Positions 11,701 to 24,413 are shown, counted from the first letter of the stretch. The stretch: DNA of 64,000 bases from Carcharhinus amblyrhynchos (GCA_965287045.1 OZ336871.1:106888001-106952000), one strand, 5' to 3'. Made by a program: numbers and translations. The notes: generated by a model from the letters alone, not told the origin.

Positions 11701-12004
11701 AATCTATCCCTTGATCTGTTACATCTACTCCCTCACCTCCTGTCTTGATTAGCTTAAAGCCCTCTCTACTTCCCTTGTCATGTGCTTCCCAAGAACACTG
11801 GTCCCAGCATTGTTCAGGTGTACAGATCCCACTTTCATCAGTACTGGTGCAAACGCTCCACAAAGCAATCCACACCAGTCTTTGACTGGTGCAGATTTAT
11901 GCATGCCTTTGAGGTTCTTCTTCTTAATTTTTTATATTAATTAGATGTGGCAGTGGGCATTGCTGGCAAGGCCAGCATTTATTGCCTATTCCTAATTGCC
12001 TTAG

Positions 12005-12430
12005 TTCCTTATCCCTATGCATCCTTAATGAACAAAAATATTAGCCTGGATTTTACGTTTTCAGTTGACCAAACCTCAACAGCTTTTAGAGGACAGTGTT
12101 CCAGTTTTCCACAACCCTTTGTGTGAAGAAGTGCATCTTGCCATCACTCCTGAATGATCATCTTTAATCTTAACTTTGTGCCTTCTTGTTCTGGACTCAC
12201 CACCAGGGGAAATGGATTTCTCACTGTAAGCGCTTTCTAATTATTTGATCGTCTTAAACACATCAAACAGATAACCCCTCTGTCTTATGTATTCAAAGGA
12301 ATGCAGGGGTAGTCTGTGCAATCCGTCCTTATAAAAACTCTTGTAATCTTGCTAGCAATCTGGAATCTGTACTGCATCCACTACAAGGTCAATATATCCT
12401 TTCTGAGGTGCAGTGCCCAGACTGGTATTA
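12005..12430 (-). mobile_element. Old CR1 3' fragment
   Basis: Similarity to other CR1 3' ends (ccacaaccctttgtgtgaagaa). Confidence 0.65.
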
Positions 12431-12949
12431 CATTTGAGAGGAGGTATTGCAGTAACTAAAACTGAATATGATTGCAGAATCAACAATCAGTCATTATGGG
12501 CGCATTATTTATATAAACACAATGCATCATCATCATATTGTTTCAGTACTGTCCAGATCAATTTTAATACTTAGAAAGAGAGGTCAAGAAAGATACTGAT
12601 TTTATTGCGAGGGGAACCGCACTAAATATACTCCAAAAAAATCTTGTTACGTGAATTATTATACACAATCAAATTTGTGTCCAGTATGGATTAGGGAACT
12701 TTTCAAAATCGGAAAACGAGATTTTTGATCCTCGCAGAGTGTGTCTGTGCCATGTCAGAGCTGGAGCTACAGTTTTAACTGCCTGCACTGCACAGCAAAG
12801 TAACACGTTTGGCCTTGAAAGTGAATTCACTCTCCCAAAGTAATGGGTTCAATGGATTAAAATATTAATACCGGGCACTGCGATATATAAACCCTGTTAC
12901 ATTAGGATTACCTCTTGCTGCAGCTCCACCCCTCCACCTCTCCCAGAGA

Positions 12950-13417
12950 TTACCAGAGGATACACTGTATAGGCCCCCCAGTGCTGGGGTTTGGGATGCT
13001 GCTGCCCATGCTCAGTGAGGGAGGGAGGGGAGGAGAGGGAGGGAGGGAGGTAGGAGGATGAGAGCCCCTGCAGCCGCGATGTGCGAGCGGATTGACGTGA
13101 ACGTGGATCAGCAGCACCAGAGAGCGAATCTGGCTGCTGGAGAGCGGATGAGATAGAGGAGGAAAAAGAGGGGAGGGACGGAGGGAGGTTTTTCCAGATG
13201 CTCTCAGCCTGTCACTGCCATCCAGTGCTGCAGCCTGCACTCTGAAGGAAGAGGAGCAAATAATAATAATTATTTTTTTAAAAAAACACCCCTCCAAACA
13301 TCTCAGGGAGGAAATCCTGAAACATTCCTTCGGGAGCCAGTGTGAGCTTAAAAAAGGCGAAGATTTTTTTTATATGATATATATGTATCTCCTGCAGGGT
13401 GGTAAAGAATATGAAAT
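12950..13417 (+). promoter_or_regulatory. ADAM22 promoter / 5' UTR region
   Basis: Repeat-free, CpG-enriched relative to flanks, (GGGA)n G-quadruplex-type tract 13019-13050, CRE-like TGACGTGA 13093-13100, directly upstream of the signal-peptide ATG. Confidence 0.65.
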
Positions 13418-13505
13418 ATGAAGCCTTTGCCGCCTCAGATTGTTTCGGTGTATCTGTGTGGACTAATCTACCTCGCTCAATATAGCAGCGCCAATAGAAA
13501 AGCTG
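13418..13505 (+). CDS. ADAM22: ADAM22 coding exon 1 (signal peptide)
   Basis: MKPLPPQIVSVYLCGLIYLAQYSSANRKA+G, hydrophobic signal-like; phase-1 donor GTAAGG at 13506; human exon 1 also ends AG in phase 1 (recalled). Confidence 0.8.
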
Positions 13506-13782
13506 GTAAGGTTATCGAGCTAAAATCCGCACCTTGATCTTTGCATGTTAAGCATTTTGCTGGGTGGACGTCTTAACATTTGTATTTGGAAAGAAAGGAA
13601 AGCCGAATTAATGATTTTAAAATGGGGTGGTTATTAGAGCTGTTTGTGATGATTGAGGGGGGCTTTTAACTTTAGACCAGTGATGGGCTCAGGTGGAGAG
13701 GGTTTTTTATTTATGATTCATGCCCAGTACATGGAAGGCACTGACAGCAAGTGTTGTATCCGGGGAACCGTGAACATTGCAG

Positions 13783-13994
13783 GTTGGCCTGAGGGTGACG
13801 ACGCCTTGAGGAGGAAGCAGGAGGAGGAGGAGGAGGTGGTGGCCGTCGCCGCCGTCGGCGGCTGGAAGATGCGCAGCCTGGAGCCACCCCAGGTCACCAC
13901 CAGCCCGCTGCGGCTCATCGAGCGGCCGGGGAGCGGGCAGCTCAGCCTGGACACCCGGGTGAAGAGGAGAGCGGAGCAGGCAGCCGCACAGCCG
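13783..13994 (+). CDS. ADAM22: ADAM22 coding exon 2 (prodomain)
   Basis: Acceptor ttgcag at 13777-13782, donor GTGAGT at 13995; in frame with exon 1; PLRLIERPGSGQLSLDTRVKRR matches ADAM22 PLRLIYRSGG...LDTRVR. Confidence 0.85.
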
Positions 13995-14354
13995 GTGAGT
14001 GCCTCTCGCGGTTCACTCCCATCTGTTTACCCTGCTGAAGATGTGCAAATTCTCTGCATCTCCCCCATTCCCCGGAGACCTCGGCTGCATCGTTAAAAAA
14101 TAACAAAAACACCGCATCAAAAACATCACTGATCAAAACGACTTAAATAAAAACAAGTAATTCTCAAGTGCGAATGATCTGCATCCATCACGGTTTCTTT
14201 ATTCATATTGCTCAGCCTTTAAAAATCCTAATTGAGTTTGCAGAGATTTCAGTGCTGCTTTTTCAGGCAGCTCTATTTATTTTTATTCTTTGCTGATTGT
14301 TATCTATTCTCTCTAGGGGCCTGGTTACTAATTGTTGGTCTTTGATTTTTGCAG

Positions 14355-14431
14355 TCCACGCATATCGCCCAGGCTACCTTCCAGGTTGACGCTTTCGACT
14401 CATCCTTCATTCTTGACGTTGAACTAAACCA
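14355..14431 (+). CDS. ADAM22: ADAM22 coding exon 3 (prodomain, 77 nt)
   Basis: tttttgcag acceptor, GTAAGT donor; STHIAQATFQVDAFDSSFILDVELN(H) vs human ADAM22 [26 protein letters not shown]; closer to ADAM22 than to ADAM11/ADAM23. Confidence 0.92.
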
Positions 14432-15539
14432 GTAAGTATTTAAAAAAAAACTCAGAAGTAGCAGCAACCCAACACCGCAGACTTCTGCTTTTGATTTACA
14501 CATTTCAGTCTTGACACAGGTAATTCTAAGTGGCTGGATGGATGGATTACCTTGTGGCGGGGAGTGGGGGGGGGGGATGGTAGTTTAGAAAATTGCAATT
14601 TGTTCTTGCTGTTGTCACTGCGATTTTCCCGACACTGATTCAGTTTTCCGAATTATTGATTGATTGGCTGAGGTTCAGAATAACTCCAGTGCTTTGCTAC
14701 TGTGAAATTGGCCAGTTACTAACGGTACATTGTGGATTGATGCAGTGTGATAGAAAGTACCTGGGAATGTATGCGAAATTTTACTTTGAGGGGATTTAAC
14801 ATTGCATATGCGTGGCTCGGGTGAACTAGAATAGGCAGACCTTTTAAAAGAAACCTCGCCGGACCTCGAGCGCACCGTTTTTAGGTTTATTGTATTAAGT
14901 ACTTAAAAAGTTGTTGCATATAGAATGTAGGTGTTACGTTTCAGCAATCACTGCAAAAAAGTGGCTTAGAGACCACCAAGGTCTAAAACAGCACTATACA
15001 TATCCGACAGAAAACATGTGAAGAGATTAAGTGAGTTTAGTGCCATTAGTATGAAATGCTGAATAATTCTGACACAAGTACAACAAATATGTCTTTAACG
15101 TAGTTACAGAGCTTTGAATTAATGCAAGATCCTGACAATTCAAAAATAATTCATTTGATCATTCAAGGTGTATGCAGACACATAAGGAAATTCACTTTGA
15201 AAATTGCTGTGGCCTCTTCCTCTACGGTAGTGATTTCCATGCAACCCCATGTAAAAATTGATCCGTTCCCCCAGCGAACCTATGCCTCCACTTCTGGAAG
15301 ACATCTATCCAAAGCAAAATAATGTTCCCATTGCATTAACTATTTCATAATTGTATGGCAGTGGAGGTTGTGTAGCATGAATATATAAAATACAGAATCT
15401 GGAATCCTCAAGACATGCTGTGCAAGATATACTGGGACCCTAACTGACACAAATCTGATGATCTTCCTAGTTGTCCTCCCTTTTGTCTAATTTGAAAACT
15501 TGTAGTGGACGATTTCCAACTCAAATACCTTTCTGAAGA

Positions 15540-15849
15540 TCATAGGATCATAGAATCTATATCCAACCCATTGAGTCTCCACCGACCACAATCTCACCCA
15601 AGCCCCATTCCCCTAACAGCTCATATTTACCCTACTAATCCTCCTGACACCAGGGGCAAATTACCATGGCCAATCAACCTAACCCACGCATCTTTGGACT
15701 GTGGGAGGAAAATGGAGCAACCGGAGGAAACCCACACAGATATGGGGGAAAGTGCAAATTCCACACAAACTCACTGAAGGCTGGAAGTGAACCCGGATGT
15801 CTGGCACTGAGAGGCAGCAGTGCTAACCACTGTGCTACCATGCCACCCC
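15540..15849 (-). mobile_element. HE1-type V-SINE
   Basis: Head, core and tail recognisable. Confidence 0.85.
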
Positions 15850-16569
15850 AACCGTTAACTGTTGTCTGAATTTGAGACAATTGAAAAAGCCCTAAATTGT
15901 TAGCTTGGGTGAAAGCGATCTCTCTAAACTTGAACTATAGCCCACCAATATATTTTTAAAGGTCTTTCATGTAACTATCATACGTTTTAGTAAGCTAACA
16001 TTTTAGATACCATATCCAAAATTGTGAGAAAAAGATTAAGGCGTTGGAATCATTTTTCTTGGTCTCAGTTTGCTTATCAAATAACTATAAATGGGTAGTG
16101 ACAATAACCAGGTTTCACTCCAAATGTCTTTGTTGCTTTCTTCAAAAGATCAGTTGCGATGAATCATATTACATTAAAGTCAAGATAAAGACAACTTCTT
16201 TTTTGCTGTGATTACTATTGTTATTTTGTACAAAACTTGACCGTTTTGCCTGTTGGAGGGAGCTGAGGCTCCCTATTGGATTAGTGTAACATGGAAATGA
16301 TAATAAAATGTTCATGTGTGTATATAGAAAATGGGCAGTGATAGCAGTGCAGGGCTAAAAGGAACAATCAGGATCTCAACCATTTGGAAATAGCCCAGGG
16401 TTTTACATGTGAATGAAAGCAAAATAGATGGAGATTGTAGGGATAGTGGTTTGAGATTTACAATTTGTCTGGGGGTGGTAATGTGATACCTAGATTGGCT
16501 CACTTTTGAGTCATCCTGCGTAACCTAGTTCAGTTACAAGAATGTATTTAAATCTTGACTTTTCCAATT

Positions 16570-17692
16570 TGGCTTCACTAAGGAGGACACAAATAACCCT
16601 CCAGAAATACTAGGGAGCAGAGGGTCGAGCATGAAGGAGGAATGGAAGGAAATTCTTATGAGTCAGGAACTTGTACTGGGGAAATTGCTGGGATTAAAAT
16701 GTAATCAGTCCCCAGGGCCTGATGCCTTGCATCCCAGGGTACTCAAGAAAGTGGCCCTAGAAATAGTGGATGCATTTGTGATCATTTTCCAGCATTCTAT
16801 AGACTCTGGAAGAGTTCCAGTAAATTGAAAAGTAGTGAGTGTAATCCCACTTTTTAAAAAAGGAGGGGAGAAAAAATAGGAAATTATAGATGGTTAGCCT
16901 GACATCAATGATGGGGAAAATGCTGGAGTTAATTATTGAGGATGTAATAACAGCATTTGGAAAGCAGTGACAGGATCGGTCCAAGTCAGCATGGATTCAC
17001 TAAAGAGAAATAGTGCTTGATAAATCTTCTGGAATTTTTTGAGGATGTGATCAGTAGAGTGGACAAGGATGAACCGTTGGATGTTGTGTACCTGGACTTT
17101 CAAAAGACTTTGGACAAGGTCCCACACAAGAGATTAGTGAGCAAGATTAAAGCTCATAGTATCGAGGGTAGTGTATTGACGCGGATAGAGAATTGGTTGG
17201 CGGACAGGAAGCAGAGAATGGGAATAAATGGGTCCTTTTCAGAGTAGGTGGTAGTGACTGTTGGGGCACTGCAGGGTTCAGTGCTGGGACCCCAGCTATT
17301 CATAACATACATGAATGATTTGGACAAAGGAATTGAATGCAATATCTCCAAATTTGCATAAATGTGAGATTATTCAGTTTGGTTGCAAAAACAAGAAGGA
17401 AGATTGTTATCTGAATGGTGGCAGTTTAGGAAAAGGGGAAGTGCAACATTACCTGGTGTCATGGTGGAAAGTCACTGAAGGTTGGCGTGTAGGTGCAGCA
17501 GATGATGAGGAAAACTAATAGCATGCTGGCCTTCATAGCAAGAGGATTTGCGTATAGGAGTAAGGAAGTCTTGCTGTAGTTATACAAGACTTTGGTGAGA
17601 CTACACCTTGAGCACTGTATGCAGTTTTGGTCTCCTAGCATGAGGAAGGACATTCTTACTATTGAGAGAGTTCAGCGAAGGATAACCAGACT
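16570..17692 (+). mobile_element. Decayed CR1 ORF2 (RT) with internal deletion
   Basis: SPGPDALHPRVLK, NLLEFFEDV, YLDFQK motifs with stops. Confidence 0.85.
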
Positions 17693-17748
17693 GGTTCAGT
17701 CCCACAGCAGAGAATGCACTTCGCAACTAAGCCATCAAGAAAGACAAT

Positions 17749-17870
17749 GATCGGAATTTTACTGCCCCATCCGCCACGAGAATCAGAGTGGGCGCTGGGT
17801 GGACAATGGAAATGTCCATTGATCCTGGGCTTTACGGTTTCAGAAGAACAAAGCCATAAAATCCTGCCCA
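17749..17870. mobile_element. ~120-bp MITE, TSD AAT
   Basis: gatcggaatttt ... aaaatcctgccc flanked by AAT on both sides; same family as 5033. Confidence 0.75.
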
Positions 17871-17964
17871 ATGTTGAGGAAAGCATTTCCTCCACAAAGG
17901 GGGTCCGTGTTGAACTTTGCATAGACAGTTGTTAGGGCCAGTTTGTTAGATATGTTCAAGAGGG

Positions 17965-20900
17965 AACTAAAGAGGTCCTAAACTGGAAAAAGGCCAAATT
18001 TGAAGATATGAGAAAGGATCTAAAAAGCGTGAATTGGGTCAGGCTGTTCTCTGGCAGGGATGTGATTGGTAAGTGGGATGCCTTCAAAGAAGAAATTTTG
18101 AGAGTGCAGAGTCTGTATGTTCCTGTCAGGATTAAAGACAAAGTGAATAAGAATAAGGAAGCTTGGTTCTCGAGGGATATTGGAACTCTGATAAAGGAGA
18201 AGAGAGAGATGTATGACGTGTATAGGCAACAGGGAATAAGATGCTCGAGGAGTATAAAAAGTGCAAGAAACTACTTAAGAAAGAAATCAGGAGGGCTAAA
18301 AGAAGACATGAGGTTGCTTTGGCAATGAAGGCAAAGGATAATCCTAAGAGCTTCTACAGGTATGTTAAGAGCAAGAGGAGAGTAAGGGATAAAATTAGTC
18401 CTCTAGAAGATCAGAGTGGTCGACTATGTGTGGAACCAAAAGAAATGGGGGAAATATTAAGTAGGTTTTTTGCATCCGTATTTACTAAGGAAACTGGCAT
18501 GGAGTCTATGGAAATAAGGCAAACAAGTAGGGAGGTCATGGAACCTATACAGATTAAAGGGGAGGAGGTGTTTGCTGTCTTGAGGCAAATCAGAGTAGAT
18601 AAATCCCCAGGACCAGACAGGGTATTCCCTTGGACCTTGACGGAGACTAGTGTTGAAATTGCAGGGCCCTGGCAGATATATTTAAAATGTTGGTATGCAC
18701 GGGTGAAGTGCCAGATGATTGGAGGATTTTTGCTGATGACACCAAGATTGGGGGAACAGCAAATTGTGCGGAGGGTGTGGAGAGTCTGCAGAAGGATCTA
18801 GATAGGCTGGGCGAATGGGCCAGGAAATGGCAAATGGAATTTAATGTTGGCAAGTGTGAGGTGGTCCACTTTGGTAGGAAGAATGGTAGGAAGGACTATT
18901 ACTTACGGGGCGAAAAACTGCAGCAGGCGACGGTGCAGAGGGACCTCGGGGTCCTTGTGCATGAGTCGTAAAAACCCAGCCTGCAGGTGCAGCAGGTGGT
19001 CAGGAAGGCTAATGGGATGCTGGCCTTCATAGCGAGGGGGATTGAATATAAAAGTAGGGAGGTCTTGCTGCAGCTGTATAGGGCATTGGTGAGGCCGCAG
19101 CTGGAGTACTGTGTGCAGTTTTGGGCGCCGCACCTGCGCAAAGATATTTTGGCCTTGGAGGGAGTGCAGAGGAGGTTTACTAGGCTGATACCGGAGTTGA
19201 GGGGGTTGAGCTATGAGGAGAGGCTGAATAAACTGGGCTTGTACTCGTTAGAGTTTAGAAGAATGAGGGGAGATCTCATTGAGACGTATAAGATGATGAA
19301 TGGGATGGATAGGATAGAGGTGGAGAGACTCTTCCCGCTCAAAAAAGACAATAGGACTAGGGGGCACAGCCTCAAGATAAAAGGGGGGCGGTTTAGAACG
19401 GAGTTGAGGAGGAACTTCTTCACTCAAAGGGTGGTGAATCTCTGGAATTCTCTGCCCGTTGAAGTGGTGGAGGCTGCCTCGCTAAATATTTTTAAGACGC
19501 GGGTTGATGGGTTTTTGATAAGAGAGGGGATTAAGGGTTATGGGGAGAAAGCGGGAAAGTGGAACTGAGCAGCGACAGATCAGCCATGATCTTATTGAAT
19601 GGCGGGGCAGGCTCGAAGGGCTAGATGGCCTACTCCTGCTCCTATTTCTTATGTTCTTATGTTCTTATGTTGTTCCGTTATTTAAAAAAAGCCCAAAAAG
19701 TAATCCGGGAAGTTATAGGCCAATAAGTTTGATGTCAGTATTAGGTAAATTATTGGAAGGAGTATTTAGGGATAGGATCTACAAATACTTGGATAGACAG
19801 GGACTTATTAGGGAGAGTCAACATGACTTTGTGTCTGATAGGTCATGTTTAACCAATGTATTAGTTTTTTGAGGAGGTTACCAGGAAAGTGGATGAAGGG
19901 AAGACAGTGAATGTTGTGTACGTGGACTTCAGTAAGGCCTTTGACAAAGTCCCGCATGGGAGGTTAGTTAGGAAGATTCAGTCGCTAGGTATACATGGAG
20001 AGATAGTAAATTAGATTAGACATTGGCTTAATGGAAGAAGCCAGAGAGTGATAGTTGAGGAATGCTTCTCTGAGTGGAGGCCTGTGACTACTGGTGTGCT
20101 GGGCCCATTGTTGTTTGTCATCTATATCAATGATCTGGATGATAATGTAGTAAACTGGGTCAGCAAATCTGCTGATGATACAAAGATTGGAGGTGTAGTG
20201 GACAGTCAGGAAGGTTTTCAAAGCTTGCAGAGGGATTTGGACCAACTAGAAAAATGGGCTGAAAAATGGCAGATGGAATTCAATGTAGACAAGTGTGAGG
20301 TATTGCACTTTAGAAGGACAAACCAAGGTAGAACATACATGGTAAATGGTAGGACACTGAAGAGTGCAGTAGAACAGAGGGATCTGGGAATACAGATGCA
20401 TAATTCCCTAAATGTGGCATCACAGATAAATTGGGTCCTAAAGAGTGCTTTTGGTACATTGGCCTTTATAAATCAAAATATTGACTATAAGAGTTGGAAT
20501 GTTATGGTGAGGTTGTATAAGACATTGGTGAGGCCTAATTTAGAGTATTGTGTGCAGTTTTGATCACGTAATTACAGGAAGGATATTAATAAGGTTGAAA
20601 GAGTGCAGAGAAGGTTCACAAACATGTTGCCGGGACTTGAGAAACTGAGTTACAGAGAAAGGTTGAATAGGTTAGGACTTTATTCCCTGGAGCGTAGAAG
20701 AATGAGGGAGATTTGATAGAGGTGTATAAAATTATGATGGGTATAGATAGAGTGAATGCAAGCAGGCTTTTTCCACTGAGGCTAGGGGAGAAGAAAACTG
20801 GAGGACATGGATTAAGGGTGAAGGGGGAAAAGTTTAAAGGGAATATTGGGGGGGGGGGGGCCGTCTTCAAACAGAGAGTGGTGGGAGTGTGGAATGAGCT

Positions 20901-21075
20901 GCCAGATGAAGTAGTGAATGCGGGCTCTCTTTTAACATTTAAGAAAACTTGGACCGGTACATGGACGAGGGGGGTGTGGAGGGATATGGTCCAGGTTCAG
21001 GTCACTGGACTAGGCAGAAAAATAGTTCAGCACAATCAAGGGCCAAAAGGCCAGGTTCTATGCTGTAATGTTCTA
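17965..21075 (+). mobile_element. Older CR1 ORF2 (tether, RT, 3' end) interrupted by a young CR1
   Basis: NPKSFYRYVKSKR, KSPGPD, YRPISL, SKSADDTK motifs; frameshifts. Confidence 0.9.
18729..19670 (+). mobile_element. Young 5'-truncated CR1 nested in an older CR1
   Basis: FADDTK to 3' tail (ttcttatg)n; about 98% identical by eye to 57220-58159; one nonsense change at 18969. Confidence 0.92.
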
Positions 21076-21351
21076 GGGAGCTAAATGTGGCCCTTGTGGC
21101 TAAAGGGATCAAGGGGTATGGAGAGAAAATGGGAATGGGATACTGAACATGCATGATCAACCACAATCATATTGAATGGTGGTGCAGGCTTGAAGGGCCT
21201 GCACCTATTTCCTATGTTTCTATAAATAACCATTTTGTTATGTTGCGTCTGCATAGTTAATAGGATACTTATTGACACCATCCTTGAATGGAACAGTACT
21301 TCCATTGAGTTACAATAGGAAAACAATTATTGTAGCTTATTTTACTTTAAG

Positions 21352-21665
21352 AGGCTGCACGGTGGCACAGTGGTTAGCACTGCTGCCTCACAATGCCAAG
21401 GGCCTGGGTTCAATTCTGGCCTTGGGGTGACTGTCTGTGTGGAACATATTCTTCCCATGTCTGCGTGGGTTTCCTCTGGGTACTCTGGTTTCCTCCACAG
21501 TCCAAAGATGTGCAGGTTAGGTGGATTAGCCATGCAAAATTGACCCTTAGTGTCGGGAGATTACCCGAGTAAATGCATGAGGTTATGGGGATAGGGCCTC
21601 GGTGGGATTGTTGTTGGTGCAGGCTCGATGGGCCGAATGGCCACTGTAGGGATTCTGTGGTTCTT
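21352..21665 (+). mobile_element. HE1-type V-SINE
   Basis: A/B boxes, core, CR1-type tail. Confidence 0.88.
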
Positions 21666-21769
21666 TATTTAGCAGAATTCAGAATTGCGACTTTATCTGG
21701 GTTCTAAATAACATACCATCATAACAATGTTAGATGTTAAGATTATGGTATGTGTTTGATGTAGTTTGT

Positions 21770-22366
21770 ATTCAATTCTCTAGCCGCTACACTATGGGAA
21801 GGATGTTAATGCATTGGAAAAGGTGCAGAAGAGATTTATCAGGATGTTGCCTAGTTTGGAGGATATGGACTATGAAGAGAGGTTGAACAAACTTGGAGCG
21901 TTGGAGGATGAGAAAGGAAGTGATTGCCCTGGAGAATGTGCAGAGGAGATTCACCAGGGTGCTGCCTGGAATGGAACATTTAAGTTATGAAGAAAGGTTG
22001 GATAGACTTGGATTGTTTTCTTTGGATTTGAGGAGACTGAGGGCAGACCTGGTCGAGCTGCATAAGATTAGGAGGGGCATGGGCACATTGGATAAGGAGT
22101 AGCTGTTTCCCTTAGTTGAAGGGTCAGTCATGAGGGGACATGGGTTCAAAATGAGTGGCAGGATGCTTAGGGGGGGAATGTGAGGAAAACGACCCGTGAT
22201 GGTCTGGGATACGCTGCCTGGGAGGGTGGTGAAGGCGGGTTGCCTCACTTCCTTTAAAACGATGGGCCAAGTGCTGGTAAATGGGATAAGGTGTGCGGTC
22301 AGGTGTTTCTCCCGTGTCGGTGCAGACTTGATGAGCTGAAGGACCTCTTCTGCCCAGTATGATTCC
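21770..22366 (+). mobile_element. Two adjacent CR1 3' fragments
   Basis: ALEKVQKRF and ALENVQRRFTRVLPGMEHLSYEERL. Confidence 0.8.
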
Positions 22367-22966
22367 ACGAGTGGCAAAATCTAATTATAACTGTGCCTCC
22401 ACAGATAAAAAGGTTACTGAAAGGATTAAGCTCTTATGTTATTTTTATTATGTCATTGGTACCTTTGTTTCTTTAACTGCCCATAGAATACCTGCTTATA
22501 TAATTGGCGGTGATTATTTGGAGTGCTCCCATTCACATTATAGGCATACCATACGGCTTTTATTCCCATTGTCTTTTATTTCACTACATCCATCACTTGT
22601 AAAATGATACCTTGATGGCCTAAGTCTGAAGAGATCCCTGTGGTTGCCTTCCATACATTTTTTTATGGTGAAGGTTTCAGGAGAAAAAGGCGCTCATTGG
22701 TGACAAAATGGCTTCGCTGAATGCCCATCCTTATGGAATGGTTGTGAAATGCAGCATTATTTTCACACAGTGGACTGTTTAACTGCAACAACAATAGCAA
22801 GCTCCATTATTACATGGTGATGCCTATCAAATCATCCATAATATGTACTTTTGTCAATGCTTTTTCCTGAAATTTAGAGAAAAGAAAAATAGGCCTATCA
22901 AAGCTTACCAGGATGCTACCAGACTTGATGGTTTGTTTGAGTTATAAGGAGAGGCTGGATAGACTA

Positions 22967-23882
22967 GGCACCCCCATATGCACTCAACCTGACAAAAAAG
23001 TCGCAAATCTGAATCGCACTGTGGGCAGGGCTTTTTGCAATCGAAATGCTGCTGTTCCGTTCAGAGCCTTCAACTGCACATGAACAGTAAAAAAAATTTG
23101 AAAATCACTCCCCTGCCCCATCGTTCCAGAACCGCAAAAAGCAGCCCGGGAATGACGGCTCTCAAAAACATCACCCCCACCCCACAATATAACTGTCCAC
23201 CTTATCCACCGCCTCCCCCTGCTACCAAGACCGATCACGATCCCCTGCCCCACTTCCCCCCACCGATCGCCCACAGAGTGGCAGTAGAGCCCTCTTCACT
23301 CTCACCAATCGCCCGCAGAGTGGCAATGAACTCTCCCTGCTCCTGCCCCCCCCTCCCCACTAGAGATCCATCTGGCCCTCCTCCTCCTCCTACCCCCCCA
23401 TTCCCCCACCAGAGAACGATCTGGCCTCCCTCCTGCTCCCCCACCAGAGAATAATCTGGCCTCCCTCGTCCTCCTTCACCACTCCCTCTGCACCAGAGAA
23501 CAATATGGCCCCTCCATCCCCATTCCCCACCAGAGAATGATCTGGCCCCCCCCCTCCCCTCCCAATCTGAGTCAGAGAGCTCCTGGAAGCTTTGAATTTA
23601 CCTCTTCAGAAGCTGGAGTGCCCGCCACAGACTTTTGCCAAGCATGTCTGTTTCGCGCCCAATCTGGATGGTGAACATGATGGTAAAGCAGATAAGATTG
23701 GGTGTCCAGCTCATTGAGTCACTCCCGTTTCAGGCGCGGTCCCGATTGTGTCCATTTGTAGGCCTCGGTAAATGGTGAATCGGTGCAGACGCAGGTGCAG
23801 ATTGCAGTACTTGCCTCATTCCCGATTTTATCAAGTTTTTGTGCTCAAAAACAGGCGCAATGCAGTGGTAAAATCGAGCCCA
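22967..23882. mobile_element. GC-rich non-autonomous TIR element within a CR1 fragment (22905-24090)
   Basis: Terminus ggtaaaatcgagccc; internal imperfect tandem units ccaccagagaa-(n)-atctggcc; homologous to 7619-8645. Confidence 0.7.
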
Positions 23883-24413
23883 GAGAGTGGTGAGTGCCTG
23901 AAACAAGCTGGAGAGGTAGTAGTAGAGGTGTACAATTTTTGTCTTTTACAAAGCGTTTAGACAGTTACAGCTGGGTCTAGGAGGATATGAGCCAAACGCG
24001 AGCAATTGTGACTAGCTTTGGGATTAAAAAAAGGGGCAGCATGGACCAGGCTGAAAGGCCTGTTTCCACGCTGTAAATCTCTATGACTCTATCAGTTATC
24101 ACACTTTTCTCTGACATTTTTATCTGCCTCTGTCCCCCAGTACTCTTCTCTACTTCCTTTTTAAGATATTCACATGCCAAGTTCCATTACCTGAGTGAGA
24201 GTGAGTTACATGTCCTTCATTTTGCTTACATATCAGTAGGGACATACAGTACAAAAGCAAGAAAGTTGTTTTAAATTGTATAACACACTGGTTTAACCTC
24301 AACTTGAATGTCACATCCAGTTCTGGGCATCACACTCCAGGAAGGTGGAAGAGAGGGTGCAGAAATGATTCACAAGATTGATTCCTGTGACAAGGAACTT
24401 CAGTTGTGCAGAT

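Noticed and set aside
13108-13130. REST/RE1 site (CAGCACC...AGAGCG)
   Set aside because: Left half matches, but spacing and right half do not fit the consensus
13653-14096. 147-aa ORF as a standalone single-exon gene
   Set aside because: Only 13783-13994 is coding (ADAM22 exon 2); the rest is intron read-through
21352-21430. tRNA genes at A/B-box motifs
   Set aside because: All are tRNA-derived SINE heads continuing into SINE core; no complete cloverleaf
23360-23560. CRISPR-like repeat-spacer pattern (ccaccagagaa...atctggcc)
   Set aside because: Degenerate internal tandem units of a eukaryotic TIR element with C-rich low-complexity spacers; no cas genes
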